Source: Oscillospiraceae bacterium
GTDB lineage: Bacteria; Bacillota; Clostridia; Oscillospirales; CAG-382
DNA length: 63,734 nucleotides
Assembly (NCBI GenBank): GCA_022508745.1
Contig: JAFLUP010000002.1
Location: 1-63,734, forward strand
Direction: 5' to 3'
This document shows, piece after piece, positions 1 through 12,514 of this stretch. A program made the position numbers and the translations under genes. Below the pieces are notes generated by a model that saw nothing but the letters and a program-made list of their open reading frames with translations, did no database searches and was not told where the DNA came from. Each line of letters starts with the position of its first letter. Within the stretch, counting starts at the first letter, position 1.

Positions 1-906
1 TTCGAAAACGCGCTGATGGTGGATATGGCGCTGGGCTGCTCCACCAACAGTATGCTGCACCTGCCCGCCATCGCCCACGAGTGCGGCATCGAAATCAATC
101 TGGACATGGCGAACGAAATCAGCGAGCGTACCCCCAATCTCTGCCACCTTGCCCCCGCGGGCAGGACGTATATCGAGGAACTGGATGAAGCAGGCGGCGT
201 GTACGCCGTCATGAACGAGCTGTCCAAACGGTCCCTGCTGCACACCGATTGCCTCACGCTCACCGGAAAAACCGTGGGCGAGAACATCGAGAAGGCATAC
301 AATACCAATCCGGCGGTCATCCGCCCCATCGAAAGTCCGTACAGCGAGACCGGCGGTATCGCGGTGCTGCGAGGCAACCTCGCGCCGGAGGGCTGCGTGG
401 TCAAGCGTTCAGCCGTGGCGCCGGAGATGCTGGTGCATGAAGGTCCGGCGCGGGTGTTCGACTGTGAAGAGGACGCGCAGGCTGCCATCAACGCCGGGGA
501 GATCCGTCCGGGAGACGTGGTGGTCATCCGTTACGAGGGTCCGAAGGGCGGTCCCGGGATGCGGGAGATGCTCAACCCCACCTCCGCCATCATGGGTATG
601 GGGCTGGGGAGCAGCGTGGCGCTGATCACCGACGGTCGGTTCAGCGGCGCCACCCGCGGCGCCTGTATCGGGCACGTTTCGCCGGAAGCGGCAAGCGGCG
701 GTCCCATCGGGCTGGTAAAGGAGGGCGACCGCATCCGTATCGACATCCCCTCCCATACGCTGGAACTGCTGGTGGACGACGGGGAGCTGGAAGAACGCCG
801 AAAGACCTTCGTCCCCCAAACCAAGGAGCTGACCGGCTACCTCAAGCGGTACGCTTCGCTGGTGGCGAGCGGCGCTTCCGGCGCGATCTTGCAGACGAAA
901 GATTGA
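1..906 (+). CDS. ilvD: Dihydroxy-acid dehydratase, C-terminal ~300 aa (5' end outside window)
   Basis: Frame open from base 1 (track ORF 16..906). IlvD/Edd-family strings [42 protein letters not shown]. Confidence 0.93.
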   Translation, partial: FENALMVDMALGCSTNSMLHLPAIAHECGIEINLDMANEISERTPNLCHLAPAGRTYIEELDEAGGVYAVMNELSKRSLLHTDCLTLTGKTVGENIEKAYNTNPAVIRPIESPYSETGGIAVLRGNLAPEGCVVKRSAVAPEMLVHEGPARVFDCEEDAQAAINAGEIRPGDVVVIRYEGPKGGPGMREMLNPTSAIMGMGLGSSVALITDGRFSGATRGACIGHVSPEAASGGPIGLVKEGDRIRIDIPSHTLELLVDDGELEERRKTFVPQTKELTGYLKRYASLVASGASGAILQTKD

Positions 907-909
907 GCC

Positions 910-2136
910 ATGAAAACCTTTTCACTTTCTCAATTGGCACTCCGCCTGCGGGGGCTGACCGTGTTCCGCTCGCTGACGGAGGATCCCGTCCTGCGCGCTC
1001 TCTCCGCCTGTCTGGAGGGGATGGCGTCCCTGCCGGAGGAGGACGCGGTCTCCGCTTACGCGGCGTTCGTTTCGGAACTGTACCGCGCTGGGACTTGCGA
1101 CCTGACCGCCTATGTGCGGGAACGGGTCTGCGACGACGAAAACCCGTACGTTCGCTGCATTGCCGCCGGAAAAACGCCGCCGGATGCGCTGGAAACCTGC
1201 GTGGAGCAGGAACTTCTCACCCTGCAAGCCGTTTCCGCGATCACGCGGGAACAGCTTCTCGCGTTGCGGGGATGGACGACCGACCCGGACTTCCTGCCCG
1301 CATGGGAAACGGACGGATCCGCCGCAGAGGTGCTTCCCGCCCTCTATCGGGAGCGCATGGAGCAGATCGGGTGGCACGGGTACGGGATGTACGCCCGGTT
1401 CGTCATGTTCCGGCTGGGCGAGACCGGCGAAATTCAGCCGGTGCAAAGTCCGGATCCGGTGAAGCTGGAGGATCTGGTGGGCTACGCGCGGGAAAAGAAG
1501 ATCATTCTGGACAATCTGCGCGCCCTGCTCGCAGGGAAGCCCGCCGCCAACGTGCTGCTCACCGGGGACGCCGGAACAGGGAAGTCCTCCACCGTCAAAG
1601 CGGCGGTCAATGCGCTGGCGGGAGAGGGATTGCGGATTCTGGAACTGCGCAAGGAGCAACTGCACTTCCTGCCGAAGGTGATGGGGGAGTTGCGGGGGAA
1701 CCCGCTGAAGTTCGTCCTGTTCATCGACGACCTGTCCTTCTCCGGCGACGACGACAACTTCGGCGCGCTCAAGGCGATGTTGGAGGGCTCCGTTTCCGCC
1801 AAGTGCAGGAACGTGGTCATTTACGCCACCGGCAACCGGCGGCATCTGGTCAGAGAGCGTTTTTCCGATCGGGAAGGAGACGACGTCCACCGCAATGACA
1901 CCATGCAGGAGATCCTTTCCCTTTCCGAGCGCTTCGGCATCCTCGTGACCTTCTCCCGCCCGGATAAGGCGACCTATCTGGAGATCGTCCGCCGGCTTGC
2001 GGAGGCGGAGGGACTTTCCTTCGAGGAGGAAGCGCTGTTCGAGGAAGCGGAACGCTTCGCCCTGCATCGCGCCTGCCGTTCCGCCCGCGCCGCCCGGCAG
2101 TTTGTGGACAGTTTACGGGCGAAAAGCGAGGAATAA
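910..2136 (+). CDS. AAA-type ATPase, DUF815-like
   Basis: 408-aa ORF starting 4 nt after the ilvD stop. Walker A GDAGTGKSS, Walker B-like VLFIDDLSF. Overall resemblance to the DUF815 ATPase family. Confidence 0.75.
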   Translation: MKTFSLSQLALRLRGLTVFRSLTEDPVLRALSACLEGMASLPEEDAVSAYAAFVSELYRAGTCDLTAYVRERVCDDENPYVRCIAAGKTPPDALETCVEQELLTLQAVSAITREQLLALRGWTTDPDFLPAWETDGSAAEVLPALYRERMEQIGWHGYGMYARFVMFRLGETGEIQPVQSPDPVKLEDLVGYAREKKIILDNLRALLAGKPAANVLLTGDAGTGKSSTVKAAVNALAGEGLRILELRKEQLHFLPKVMGELRGNPLKFVLFIDDLSFSGDDDNFGALKAMLEGSVSAKCRNVVIYATGNRRHLVRERFSDREGDDVHRNDTMQEILSLSERFGILVTFSRPDKATYLEIVRRLAEAEGLSFEEEALFEEAERFALHRACRSARAARQFVDSLRAKSEE

Positions 2137-2270
2137 ACGCTGTAACGGATGCAGAGGTATTGACAACGCGGGATCCGCATGCTATACTGACCTGAAAGAG
2201 TGGTAAAAGTGGCTTGCGCGTTCCCTGCGGTGTGTCAATGCCTCTTTCTTTTTTCCAAAGGGGGAGTTTT

Positions 2271-3596
2271 ATGAAACGGATCCGTTTTCTTTCGTGGACG
2301 TTGTCGCTTTGTCTGCTGTTTTCCGCCACGGCTTGCAACCGGATGGAGGATCCGGATCTCCCCAGCGAAACGGAAAGCGTTTCGGGGCCGCGCGAACCGG
2401 ATAAACACGGCGTGTGGTACATGGAGGATTTGATCGCGCTTGACCGCGGCTTTTCCGTCGAAGGACTGTACGGAAAACCGTCGGAGACATTGAAGCGGAC
2501 GGATCAGCCGGCGAGCTACCAAAATGCGATCGGCGGCGCGCTGGATACCGGCGCGGAGATCTATCTGACGCTCAACCATAGCCTGATGGCGCTCCCGATC
2601 GTCTACAACAAAAGCGCCGGAACCTTTTCCCTCGCGTGCGTCGATCCCCTGTGCGAACACGATTCCGAGAATTGCATCTGGAACGGAAGCTCCATCTTTC
2701 CCGGCGGCGACAAGCTGATCTTTGTCATGCACAACGATACGCCGGAAAGTTCATGGGAAGGGCTCTATGTCTGCGATCTGACCGGAAGCGACCCGCAAAA
2801 GGTGTACGAAAACAACGGGGAAGGGATGATCAGTTTCAAAGCCCGCAGCGGAGACTACCTGTTTTTCTCCGAGGGACGGTTTGACCCGGAGCAGGGGGAT
2901 ACCTACGTGCATTACCCGCTTCTGCGGATCCCCATCGACGGCGGCGACGCGGAGATCGTCATGGAGGATACGTCCTATCATCAGTATTTGGCGTTCGACG
3001 AGGGAAGAAAGTTGCTGGACGTAGATCCGGAGGATGAAAACTGCTATATTTACGACATCAAAACAGAGAAAAGGACTTTGTTCGGCAGCGGGATCATCCC
3101 CTACGCGGTTTACGAGGGGTGGATCTACTATATCGCCGAGGACGGACTCTACCGCGCACTGGAAACGCAGCTGGATTGGAATATGAAGGTGCTGGGGAAC
3201 GAGGCTTACAGCAGATGGGACACCCGCTTTTCCGGGTACCGGATGTATTATCTTCATAAAACGGTGTTTTCGGAAAGCGAGACGTACGGGACCTACTACC
3301 AATACGAGCTGTATTCCGCGGGGCTGAACGGCGGCGACCGGCAGCTGATCAGAATCTTCGAAGGGGACGACGGCATCCCGGTTCGGGTCCACGATTTTTG
3401 GACGGACGGGAAGCTGCTGTTGGTGAATTACGAGCAGTATTGGAACTTTAAAAACGAGTTCAACTCGAAGTTTTCCGGGACCGCCGCTTCCAGCAGCAGG
3501 CCGACGACCTATGCGCTCATCGACCTTTCCACCGGCGAACAGGTTTTGTTTTCTTCCGACTATCGGAATATGCTTGCGCATTTTTATCAGAGTTAA
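2271..3596 (+). CDS. Lipoprotein, repeat/beta-propeller-like (DUF5050-like), function unknown
   Basis: Start moved to the internal ATG 2271, preceded by GGGGGAG. Lipobox LLFSATAC. Repeated aromatic-rich YY/LYR segments. Confidence 0.6.
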   Translation: MKRIRFLSWTLSLCLLFSATACNRMEDPDLPSETESVSGPREPDKHGVWYMEDLIALDRGFSVEGLYGKPSETLKRTDQPASYQNAIGGALDTGAEIYLTLNHSLMALPIVYNKSAGTFSLACVDPLCEHDSENCIWNGSSIFPGGDKLIFVMHNDTPESSWEGLYVCDLTGSDPQKVYENNGEGMISFKARSGDYLFFSEGRFDPEQGDTYVHYPLLRIPIDGGDAEIVMEDTSYHQYLAFDEGRKLLDVDPEDENCYIYDIKTEKRTLFGSGIIPYAVYEGWIYYIAEDGLYRALETQLDWNMKVLGNEAYSRWDTRFSGYRMYYLHKTVFSESETYGTYYQYELYSAGLNGGDRQLIRIFEGDDGIPVRVHDFWTDGKLLLVNYEQYWNFKNEFNSKFSGTAASSSRPTTYALIDLSTGEQVLFSSDYRNMLAHFYQS

Positions 3597-3714
3597 AAGG
3601 GCATGAGAAGGCAAATGCGCGGCAGATTGCTTTTTTCCACTAGAGAACGGTTGAATCTCTCCTTTAAGAGCCGAAAAGAGTAAGATTTGCTCGCAAAAAC
3701 CTTCCGAAAACCCC

Positions 3715-3743
3715 TTGACAAACCCAAAAAGCTGTGCTATAAT
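3715..3743 (+). promoter_or_regulatory. Sigma-A-type promoter of the rplU-prp-rpmA(-obg) operon
   Basis: TTGACA (3715-3720), 17 bp spacer, TGcTATAAT (-10 at 3738-3743). Confidence 0.75.
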
Positions 3744-3835
3744 ACCCAAGCCGCATGTATGGGGCTTTTTCGAAACGCGCGGGAAAAGCGCGTGCCTCTG
3801 TCAGCGAGACTTACGGAAAGTGAGGGAATTCGTGT

Positions 3836-4147
3836 ATGTACGCAGTCATTCAAACCGGCGGAAAGCAGTATAAGGTTTCCGAAGGCGACGTGATCTTCGT
3901 GGAGAAGCTGGGCGTGGAGGAAGGCACCGAGTACACCTTTGATCAGGTGCTCGCCATCTCCGGCGCAGACGGCTTCAAGGTCGGCGCACCCACTGTTGCG
4001 GGCGCTACCGTCAAGGCCACCGTCGTCAAGAACGGCAAGGGCAAGAAGATCCGCGTCTTCAAGTACAAGCCCAAGAAGAACGAGAAGAAGACCATCGGTC
4101 ATCGTCAGCCTTACACCAAGCTGCAGATCCTGGCGATCAACGGTTAA
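3836..4147 (+). CDS. rplU: 50S ribosomal protein L21
   Basis: [18 protein letters not shown]... is the canonical L21 N-terminus. RBS GAGGGA upstream. Confidence 0.97.
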   Translation: MYAVIQTGGKQYKVSEGDVIFVEKLGVEEGTEYTFDQVLAISGADGFKVGAPTVAGATVKATVVKNGKGKKIRVFKYKPKKNEKKTIGHRQPYTKLQILAING

Positions 4148-4162
4148 GGCCGTTTTCACAGT

Positions 4163-4459
4163 ATGATCCACGCAGTATTCAAAAAGGAAGGTTTTACCCT
4201 TTCCGGGCACGCAGGGTATGCGGATGCAGGCATGGACATCGTCTGTGCCGCGGTCAGCGCCATGGCAAATCTGGTCTGCAACGCGGCGGAATCGTTCGGC
4301 GCGCAGGCGGAGATTCGTGCGGAGGAAGAGGGTGCGAGGCTTTCCTACCGGCTCACCGAAGGGTGTGAAGAAGCCGAAAAGCTGCTTGCGGTATTCCGCG
4401 AGGAGCTGCGGGAGCTGGAAACCCAGTACCCGAAGAACATTCGGGTAGAAATTCAATGA
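4163..4459 (+). CDS. prp: Ribosomal-processing cysteine protease Prp
   Basis: Lies between rplU and rpmA. Strings GHAGYA...DIVCAAVSA are typical of Prp/YsxB. Confidence 0.9.
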   Translation: MIHAVFKKEGFTLSGHAGYADAGMDIVCAAVSAMANLVCNAAESFGAQAEIRAEEEGARLSYRLTEGCEEAEKLLAVFREELRELETQYPKNIRVEIQ

Positions 4460-4474
4460 AAAGGAGTAACTCTC

Positions 4475-4762
4475 ATGCTTAGATTGTCTTTGCAGTTCTT
4501 TGCACATAAGAAGGGCGTCGGTTCTACCAAGAACGGTCGTGACAGCGAGTCCAAGCGGCTCGGCGTGAAGAAGCAGGACGGGCAGACGGTCGTCGCGGGC
4601 AACATCATCGTTCGTCAGCGCGGCACCTCCATCCATCCGGGCGAGGGCGTCGGGCGCGGCTCGGACGATACCCTCTTTGCGCTGGTTGACGGCGTTGTGA
4701 AGTTCAAGCCCATCGCCGGCGGCAGAAAGAGCGTTTGCGTGCTCTCTGCCGAAACGCGCTGA
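4475..4762 (+). CDS. rpmA: 50S ribosomal protein L27 with cleavable N-terminal extension
   Basis: [24 protein letters not shown]. The Firmicutes-type propeptide ends in FFA before HKKG. Confidence 0.97.
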   Translation: MLRLSLQFFAHKKGVGSTKNGRDSESKRLGVKKQDGQTVVAGNIIVRQRGTSIHPGEGVGRGSDDTLFALVDGVVKFKPIAGGRKSVCVLSAETR

Positions 4763-4783
4763 AACAGCGGGAAAATGACGTAA

Positions 4784-7044
<2,261 letters not shown>

Positions 7045-7125
7045 TTTGGTCTTTCCTTTCCGGCCGCCCCGGGGCGCGCCGAGGGCTTGTTTTGTATTTC
7101 ATTGTATGAGTACGGGAGGCAGCGT

Positions 7126-8193
7126 ATGATTGAAAAGCTGCGGGAAATCGAAAAAAGATACTGCGAAGTGGAGGAACAGCTCTCGGATGCGGGAGTGGTT
7201 TCCGACATGGAGCGCTATAAGGCGCTGGCGAAGGAATACAAGGAGCTTGCGCCGCTGGTAGAGCGTTACCGGGCATACGCAAAGGCGGAAGGCGACCTGC
7301 GGGAAGCGGAAGCCCTGCAAAGCGACGGGGACGAGGAACTGCGTCTGCTTGCCGACGAGCAGGCGGCGGATGCGTGGGAAGCGATGGAGTCCCTGCGGGA
7401 GGAGCTCAAGCTGTTGCTGCTCCCGAAGGATCCGGACGACGACAAGAACGTGGTGGTGGAGATCCGCGCGGGCGCGGGGGGCGAGGAAGCGGCGCTGTTT
7501 GCCGCCGTCCTTTACCGGATGTACAGTATGTATGCCGATTCCCACCGTTTCTCTCTGGAGCTTGCCTATTGCAACGAGACGGAGCTGGGCGGGATGAAGG
7601 AAGTTTCCTTCCTTATGAAAGGAGAGGGCGCCTACGCGCGCATGAAGTACGAAAGCGGCGTGCATCGGGTACAGCGGGTGCCGGAGACGGAGTCGCAAGG
7701 GCGCATCCAGACCTCTACGGCGACGGTGGCGGTGCTGCCGGAATCCGAGGAAAGCACCTACGAACTGAACATGGAGGATCTGGAGATCACCACCCATAAA
7801 AGCTCCGGCGCGGGCGGGCAGCACGTCAACAAGACGGAGTCCGCCATCCGCATCCTGCATAAGCCCACCGGTCTTGTGGTGGATTGCCAGAACGAGCGCA
7901 GCCAGGTGCAGAACAAGGCGAAGGCCATCGAGATCATGAAAGCCCGCCTTGCCGCCATGGAAAAGCAAAAGGCGGAGGACGCGCAATCCTCCGCGCGGCG
8001 CAGCCAGATCGGCACCGGCGACCGCTCCGAGCGCATCCGGACGTATAACTATCCGCAGGGACGCGTCACGGACCACCGCATCGGGCTTTCCCTGTACGAC
8101 CTGCCGGGCTTCCTCAACGGGAACATCGACGGCATGATCGACGCCCTCGCCACTGCCGACCGCACCGCTCAACTGGGAAAGAGCGAAGCGTAA
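7126..8193 (+). CDS. prfA: Peptide chain release factor 1
   Basis: Start at ATG 7126 after GGGAGG. PET tripeptide in QRVPETESQGR. GGQ motif SGAGGQHVNK. Confidence 0.96.
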   Translation: MIEKLREIEKRYCEVEEQLSDAGVVSDMERYKALAKEYKELAPLVERYRAYAKAEGDLREAEALQSDGDEELRLLADEQAADAWEAMESLREELKLLLLPKDPDDDKNVVVEIRAGAGGEEAALFAAVLYRMYSMYADSHRFSLELAYCNETELGGMKEVSFLMKGEGAYARMKYESGVHRVQRVPETESQGRIQTSTATVAVLPESEESTYELNMEDLEITTHKSSGAGGQHVNKTESAIRILHKPTGLVVDCQNERSQVQNKAKAIEIMKARLAAMEKQKAEDAQSSARRSQIGTGDRSERIRTYNYPQGRVTDHRIGLSLYDLPGFLNGNIDGMIDALATADRTAQLGKSEA

Positions 8194-8206
8194 AAAGGGG
8201 AAGGCA

Positions 8207-8668
8207 ATGGACTATATTTCGTACATCAGATCGAAAGTCGGGCATGATAAAATCTTTTTGAATTGTGTTGGAGCGGCGATCGTGGATGACGCCGGAAAGG
8301 TACTTTTGCAGAAGCGGTCCGACCGAAAAATGTGGGGATTTCCCGGCGGCGTTATGGAATTGGGAGAATCCTTTACCGACGCTGTCAAGAGGGAAGTAAA
8401 AGAAGAAACAGGTTTGATCGTCGAGGTTGAACGGCTGTTGGGCGTTTACTCTGCCTATTCGGATGAATTTCCCAACGGCGATCAGGCGCAGCCGATCCTG
8501 CTTTTTTTCCTTTGCAAGGCGAAAGCGGGGGAACTGTCTGTCGATGATGAGGAGACATTAGAATTGCGGTATTTCGGGAAGGACGAAATGCCTCAATTGG
8601 TGAACCGGATGCACATCGATATGTTCCATGATTTATTTCAAGGCGGAGATCAAGTCGTCATATCCTGA
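8207..8668 (+). CDS. NUDIX hydrolase
   Basis: Nudix box GGVMELGESFTDAVKREVKEETGL. Confidence 0.85.
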   Translation: MDYISYIRSKVGHDKIFLNCVGAAIVDDAGKVLLQKRSDRKMWGFPGGVMELGESFTDAVKREVKEETGLIVEVERLLGVYSAYSDEFPNGDQAQPILLFFLCKAKAGELSVDDEETLELRYFGKDEMPQLVNRMHIDMFHDLFQGGDQVVIS

Positions 8669-8802
8669 CCGGCACGAAGAATCCGAAGCGGATCTGATGA
8701 ACGTGCATGAAGGGTGTGCAATCTTTTTTTGTTCTCCCCCTTGACAGGTTTTCGATCGGATGGTAAAATGTGCTGGAAAAGAGTATTGGGAGAGAACACA
8801 CC

Positions 8803-9474
8803 ATGTATAAATACGAAACTCACCTGCATACAAGCCCTGTCAGCGCATGTGCGCGGGCGTCGGTACGGGATACCGTACAGTTCTATAAGGACATGGGCTA
8901 TGACGGTATTTTTATCACCAATCATTTCTTGCCTATGATCGGGGAAGATAAATCCTATGAAGAGAGGATCGAATATTTTTGTTCCGATTATGAGGAAGCG
9001 GTTAAAATCGGGAAGGAGCTGGGGATCAAGGTTTTTTTCGGCTTGGAGACCGGTTACGGTGGGGCAGATTTCTTGGTATATGGGCTGGACAAGGAATGGT
9101 TCCTGCAACACCCGCAGATCCCGCAGATGCGAAAAAGCGAGGAGCTGGCCCTTTACATGGAAAACGGTGCTTTGGTCGTCCATGCGCATCCCTTCCGGGA
9201 TGATTCCTATATCGACCATATTCGTTTGTTCCCCAAACGTGTGCACGGTGTCGAGGTGATCAACGCGAACAGAACCGAGTTCATTAACGAAATGGCAAGG
9301 CAGTACGCGGAAAACTACCGGCTTCTGCCCTTCGCCGGCAGCGACAACCACGTTGCGCATCACCAGAAAAAATTGGCGGGGATGCAGTCCGCCGAGCCGA
9401 TCATGGATGAGCAGGATTTTGTGACCCGGGTGAAAAACGGGGAGTTGGAGATCTTCTTTACCGAAAGAGAATAA
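8803..9474 (+). CDS. PHP-domain metal-dependent phosphoesterase
   Basis: Start at MYKYETHLHTSPVS. HxH near the N-terminus and a later HAHPFR, as in the PHP/histidinol-phosphatase-like fold. Confidence 0.75.
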   Translation: MYKYETHLHTSPVSACARASVRDTVQFYKDMGYDGIFITNHFLPMIGEDKSYEERIEYFCSDYEEAVKIGKELGIKVFFGLETGYGGADFLVYGLDKEWFLQHPQIPQMRKSEELALYMENGALVVHAHPFRDDSYIDHIRLFPKRVHGVEVINANRTEFINEMARQYAENYRLLPFAGSDNHVAHHQKKLAGMQSAEPIMDEQDFVTRVKNGELEIFFTERE

Positions 9475-9496
9475 CGCGTTGCGCGTTCGTTGCATG

Positions 9497-9525
9497 AAAA
9501 AACCGGGGAATTCCCCGGTTTTTTG
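9497..9525. terminator. Bidirectional intrinsic terminator between convergent genes
   Basis: Perfect palindrome AACCGGGGAATTCCCCGGTT flanked by an A-run and a T-run. Confidence 0.85.
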
Positions 9526-9536
9526 ATTTCTGTTTT

Positions 9537-11162
9537 TTAATAATAAAACGGATAAAGCAGAAGCGAGCAGATACAGAACGCGGCGGTGCCGCAAAGCAAG
9601 ACGGACTTCAGAAGGACCGAGAGCCGATCGCGGCGTTCCTCCAGACGGCGCAGGGCGGCGCCGAAAAACACTGCGCCGATCAGCAGCGTCGGCACGATAT
9701 AGCGGAAATCCATGGAGCAGAAATGCGGGAAAGCGAAGCAGAAGCGCACGTAGCTGACCAGCATGGTGAGCCAGTACAGCAGGAAGAACAGCAGCGGCAG
9801 ACGTCCGAACCCGTTTTGCGCCAGAAACGCATCCTCGGGGGAGGCTTCCTCCGACGCGACCCGCGGGAAGTGGGTGCGGAAGAAGGAAACGACGCTGGTC
9901 ACCGCTCCCGAGATGGAGCCGACGATGAGGGCGGCGTTCCCGTAGAACAGCAGGGTGCCGACGGCGTCGTATGCGTGGGACCTCGTCCAGTTGCTGTATT
10001 CCCCGAACAGCGACATTTTCTGGATCGCCAGCGGGATGCAATGCTCATAGTATTCCGCTTTGTTCACACCGGCTCGCATGGGGAATACGCCGTAATCCGA
10101 AAGGGAGCCGAAGTCGAAAAAGCGGGAAAACGTGGAATAGTTGCCCAAATACTGCTTCGAATTGTCGCTCAAGCGGGGAACATAGGTCAGCGGCATCTGA
10201 TACAGCAGGTAGTTGCGTACCTGCCAGCCGATCCCCAGCGGGATGCAAATGCAGCCGAACAGGGCAAATTGCAGCAGCAAACGGCCTTTGCCCTGCCATC
10301 CCCATCCTTTGGTTTTGATGAATTGGATCAGGAACAGCACCGCCACCGCCGGCGCGATGATTCCCGTCGCCAGTTTTGCCAGCATCCCGCAGCCGATGCA
10401 GAGCGCCAGCGCGGCGATACGGGGAAAGGTCGGCTTTTTCAGCCATTCCAGCATCGTCCAGACCGCGAGCAGACAGAACATGACGCTCATACAGTCGTTG
10501 TTGATGCTGCCGGACAGCAGGAAAAAGGTGGGATGGAACGCCAGCAGGCAAAGAGGCGCAAACAGCGCCGTGTTCCGCAGCCCGACCAGCTTCAGCACGC
10601 GGTAGGAAGCGTAGAGGGCGACCATTGAGTAAAACAGCGTCAGGATTTGCAGGTTCTCCGTGGCCGCCTCAAAGGAAATGCCCATCGCTGTCTGGAATTT
10701 CAGCCAGAGGGCGCAGACGATGTGATGCAGCGGCGGATGGTAGAACTGCCAGTCCCAAACCTCCTCGCCGGGCAGCTTGCCGTTCTCCAACAGGTAGAGG
10801 ATATAGCCGCTATGCCCGTTGTTGTTGAGGCTTTCGAAGGAGGAGACGTCGTGTTGGTTGGTTCCAACGGTGATCAGCAGGATATAGCACAGCCTTGCGG
10901 CAAATGCCATCAGAAACAGCAGCGCCACCAGCCTGCCTTCCGTCAGCGTGCCGGAAAACTTCCAGTAGACGGCGAACACGCCGCAGAGGAAGAGGGCGCA
11001 GGCGAGCAAAAGGGGAAACAGGTGTCCCGGTTTCTTCACCGACGCACCGGCAAACCCGCCCGCTATCGAGAGCAGAAACAGACATACCGTGCAGATCGCA
11101 CCGCTTTCCGTCAGCGCCTTCGCCCTTTTTTGAAGATTCAATTCCCCCATAAGTTGCCCCAT
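9537..11162 (-). CDS. Polytopic membrane glycosyltransferase (GT-C fold, family 39/ArnT-PMT-like)
   Basis: 541 aa with more than 10 hydrophobic helices. Overall resemblance to the ArnT/PMT family. Start could be 11150 instead. Confidence 0.6.
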   Translation of the reverse strand: MGQLMGELNLQKRAKALTESGAICTVCLFLLSIAGGFAGASVKKPGHLFPLLLACALFLCGVFAVYWKFSGTLTEGRLVALLFLMAFAARLCYILLITVGTNQHDVSSFESLNNNGHSGYILYLLENGKLPGEEVWDWQFYHPPLHHIVCALWLKFQTAMGISFEAATENLQILTLFYSMVALYASYRVLKLVGLRNTALFAPLCLLAFHPTFFLLSGSINNDCMSVMFCLLAVWTMLEWLKKPTFPRIAALALCIGCGMLAKLATGIIAPAVAVLFLIQFIKTKGWGWQGKGRLLLQFALFGCICIPLGIGWQVRNYLLYQMPLTYVPRLSDNSKQYLGNYSTFSRFFDFGSLSDYGVFPMRAGVNKAEYYEHCIPLAIQKMSLFGEYSNWTRSHAYDAVGTLLFYGNAALIVGSISGAVTSVVSFFRTHFPRVASEEASPEDAFLAQNGFGRLPLLFFLLYWLTMLVSYVRFCFAFPHFCSMDFRYIVPTLLIGAVFFGAALRRLEERRDRLSVLLKSVLLCGTAAFCICSLLLYPFYY

Positions 11163-11443
11163 TCTATTTCAATCGTGAAAAGCGTTTCTGAAAATGCTTG
11201 TAGAATGTCAAATTATCGTACATTCTCGAAAATCAGAACGTGCGCAAACTACAATAAAAAACCATTTGCGGTGGCAGAAGATACGAGAGCACGTTGTGCT
11301 CTCGTATCGCGCGGACCCGCAAATCCCTTACGGTTCCGCGATGTGTCAAGACGCTTCGCGTCGTGCGAAGCATTTTGGCGCGAAGGCGCGAGCGTACGGA
11401 ACCGCAAATCGTTGTAACGAACGCAGTGAGTTGCAACGGGAAT

Positions 11444-11986
11444 TTAGATACCCGCGATGGCGAACAGATAATTCTCGCTGCCGTCAAAGGCGATGGAAAA
11501 CTTGCAGATGGCGACCGCGCCCAATCGGGAGAGCAGTTTGCCGTTTTCCACCACGGAGAAGGAGGGGAAGTCCGCAAGGGTCTTGCCCACACACTTGACG
11601 TACGCTTCTTTGCGGGTCCAGACCTTGAGGAAACGCAGCTTCTCTTCCCCGATGGAAGCGCCGTCCCGGACGTATTCCGTCTCTTCCCCGGAGAAAAAGC
11701 GTTCCGCCATCAGCAGGAAATCGGCTTTGCTCTTTTCGCAGCGGGGGAGATACTCCCCGTCGATGCCCACCGGCGTATCCTGCAGGACCACCAGCATTTT
11801 ATCCCCCGTGGTGGTGACGGAGAGGAACTTCGGCGGTTCACAGCCTTGCAGAGAGGGAGCGCCTTTCTCGGAGTAGACCACCTGCACGGTTTCGTCGTTC
11901 AGGTATTCCTGCACCGCCTTCTGTACGGTTTCGTGCCGAACCTCCTGCTCCGGAGCGTTCTCCAGAATGAAACATTTCAACGCCAT
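11444..11986 (-). CDS. 4'-phosphopantetheinyl transferase (Sfp type)
   Basis: Motifs GIDGEYL and WTRKEAYVKCVG. Confidence 0.8.
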   Translation of the reverse strand: MALKCFILENAPEQEVRHETVQKAVQEYLNDETVQVVYSEKGAPSLQGCEPPKFLSVTTTGDKMLVVLQDTPVGIDGEYLPRCEKSKADFLLMAERFFSGEETEYVRDGASIGEEKLRFLKVWTRKEAYVKCVGKTLADFPSFSVVENGKLLSRLGAVAICKFSIAFDGSENYLFAIAGI

Positions 11987-12019
11987 GGTGATATTCTTTC
12001 CTTTCCTTGTAAAGACGGA

Positions 12020-12493
12020 CTATTCCGCCGTTTCCGGTGCCGTTTCCGGCTCCTCTGCGGGCGTTTCTTCCGGCGCTTTTTCCTCTTTCTTCTTGCTCAA
12101 AGCGTCCTTGATACGGGCGATCAGGTCGGGAGCGCGGTCCATGAGGGATTGCGCGCCGTCGATGGCCCTGTCGATGGGATTGGGCTTGGGCGCGTATGTA
12201 TCCGGCTGCTTCAGATCCAGCAGCGTGACCTCGCCTTCCGCGGAGACCACGAGGAAGCCCAGAGGCGTGACGGAAATGCCCGCGCCGCTGCCGCCTGCGA
12301 ACAACGGCTGATCCGTCGCTTTGGGTGCGCGGTCGCTGCCGCCGGTAGCAAAGCCTACGCTGACCTTGGAGAAGGACACGATGGTCACACCGTTGGGCAG
12401 CGTGACCGGCTCTCCGATCACCGTATTGACATCCGCTACTGAATGTACGCTCTGGATGGCTTCTTCGATCAACTTTTTCATGGGAGTATCCAT
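12020..12493 (-). CDS. ytfJ: Sporulation protein YtfJ/GerW family with acidic/Lys-rich C-terminal tail
   Basis: VIGEPVTLPNGVTIVSFSKVSVGFATGGSD and GGSGAGISVTPLGFLVV are typical of GerW/YtfJ. Confidence 0.8.
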   Translation of the reverse strand: MDTPMKKLIEEAIQSVHSVADVNTVIGEPVTLPNGVTIVSFSKVSVGFATGGSDRAPKATDQPLFAGGSGAGISVTPLGFLVVSAEGEVTLLDLKQPDTYAPKPNPIDRAIDGAQSLMDRAPDLIARIKDALSKKKEEKAPEETPAEEPETAPETAE

Positions 12494-12514
12494 TTCAACA
12501 TACCGTACCTTTCT

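Noticed and set aside
3744-3835. Ribosomal-protein L21 leader RNA upstream of rplU.
   Set aside because: The ~85-nt leader has two short hairpins (AAGCC/GGCTT and CGCGC/GCGCG). I cannot match it to the known L21-leader consensus by eye, so it is left uncalled pending an Rfam scan.
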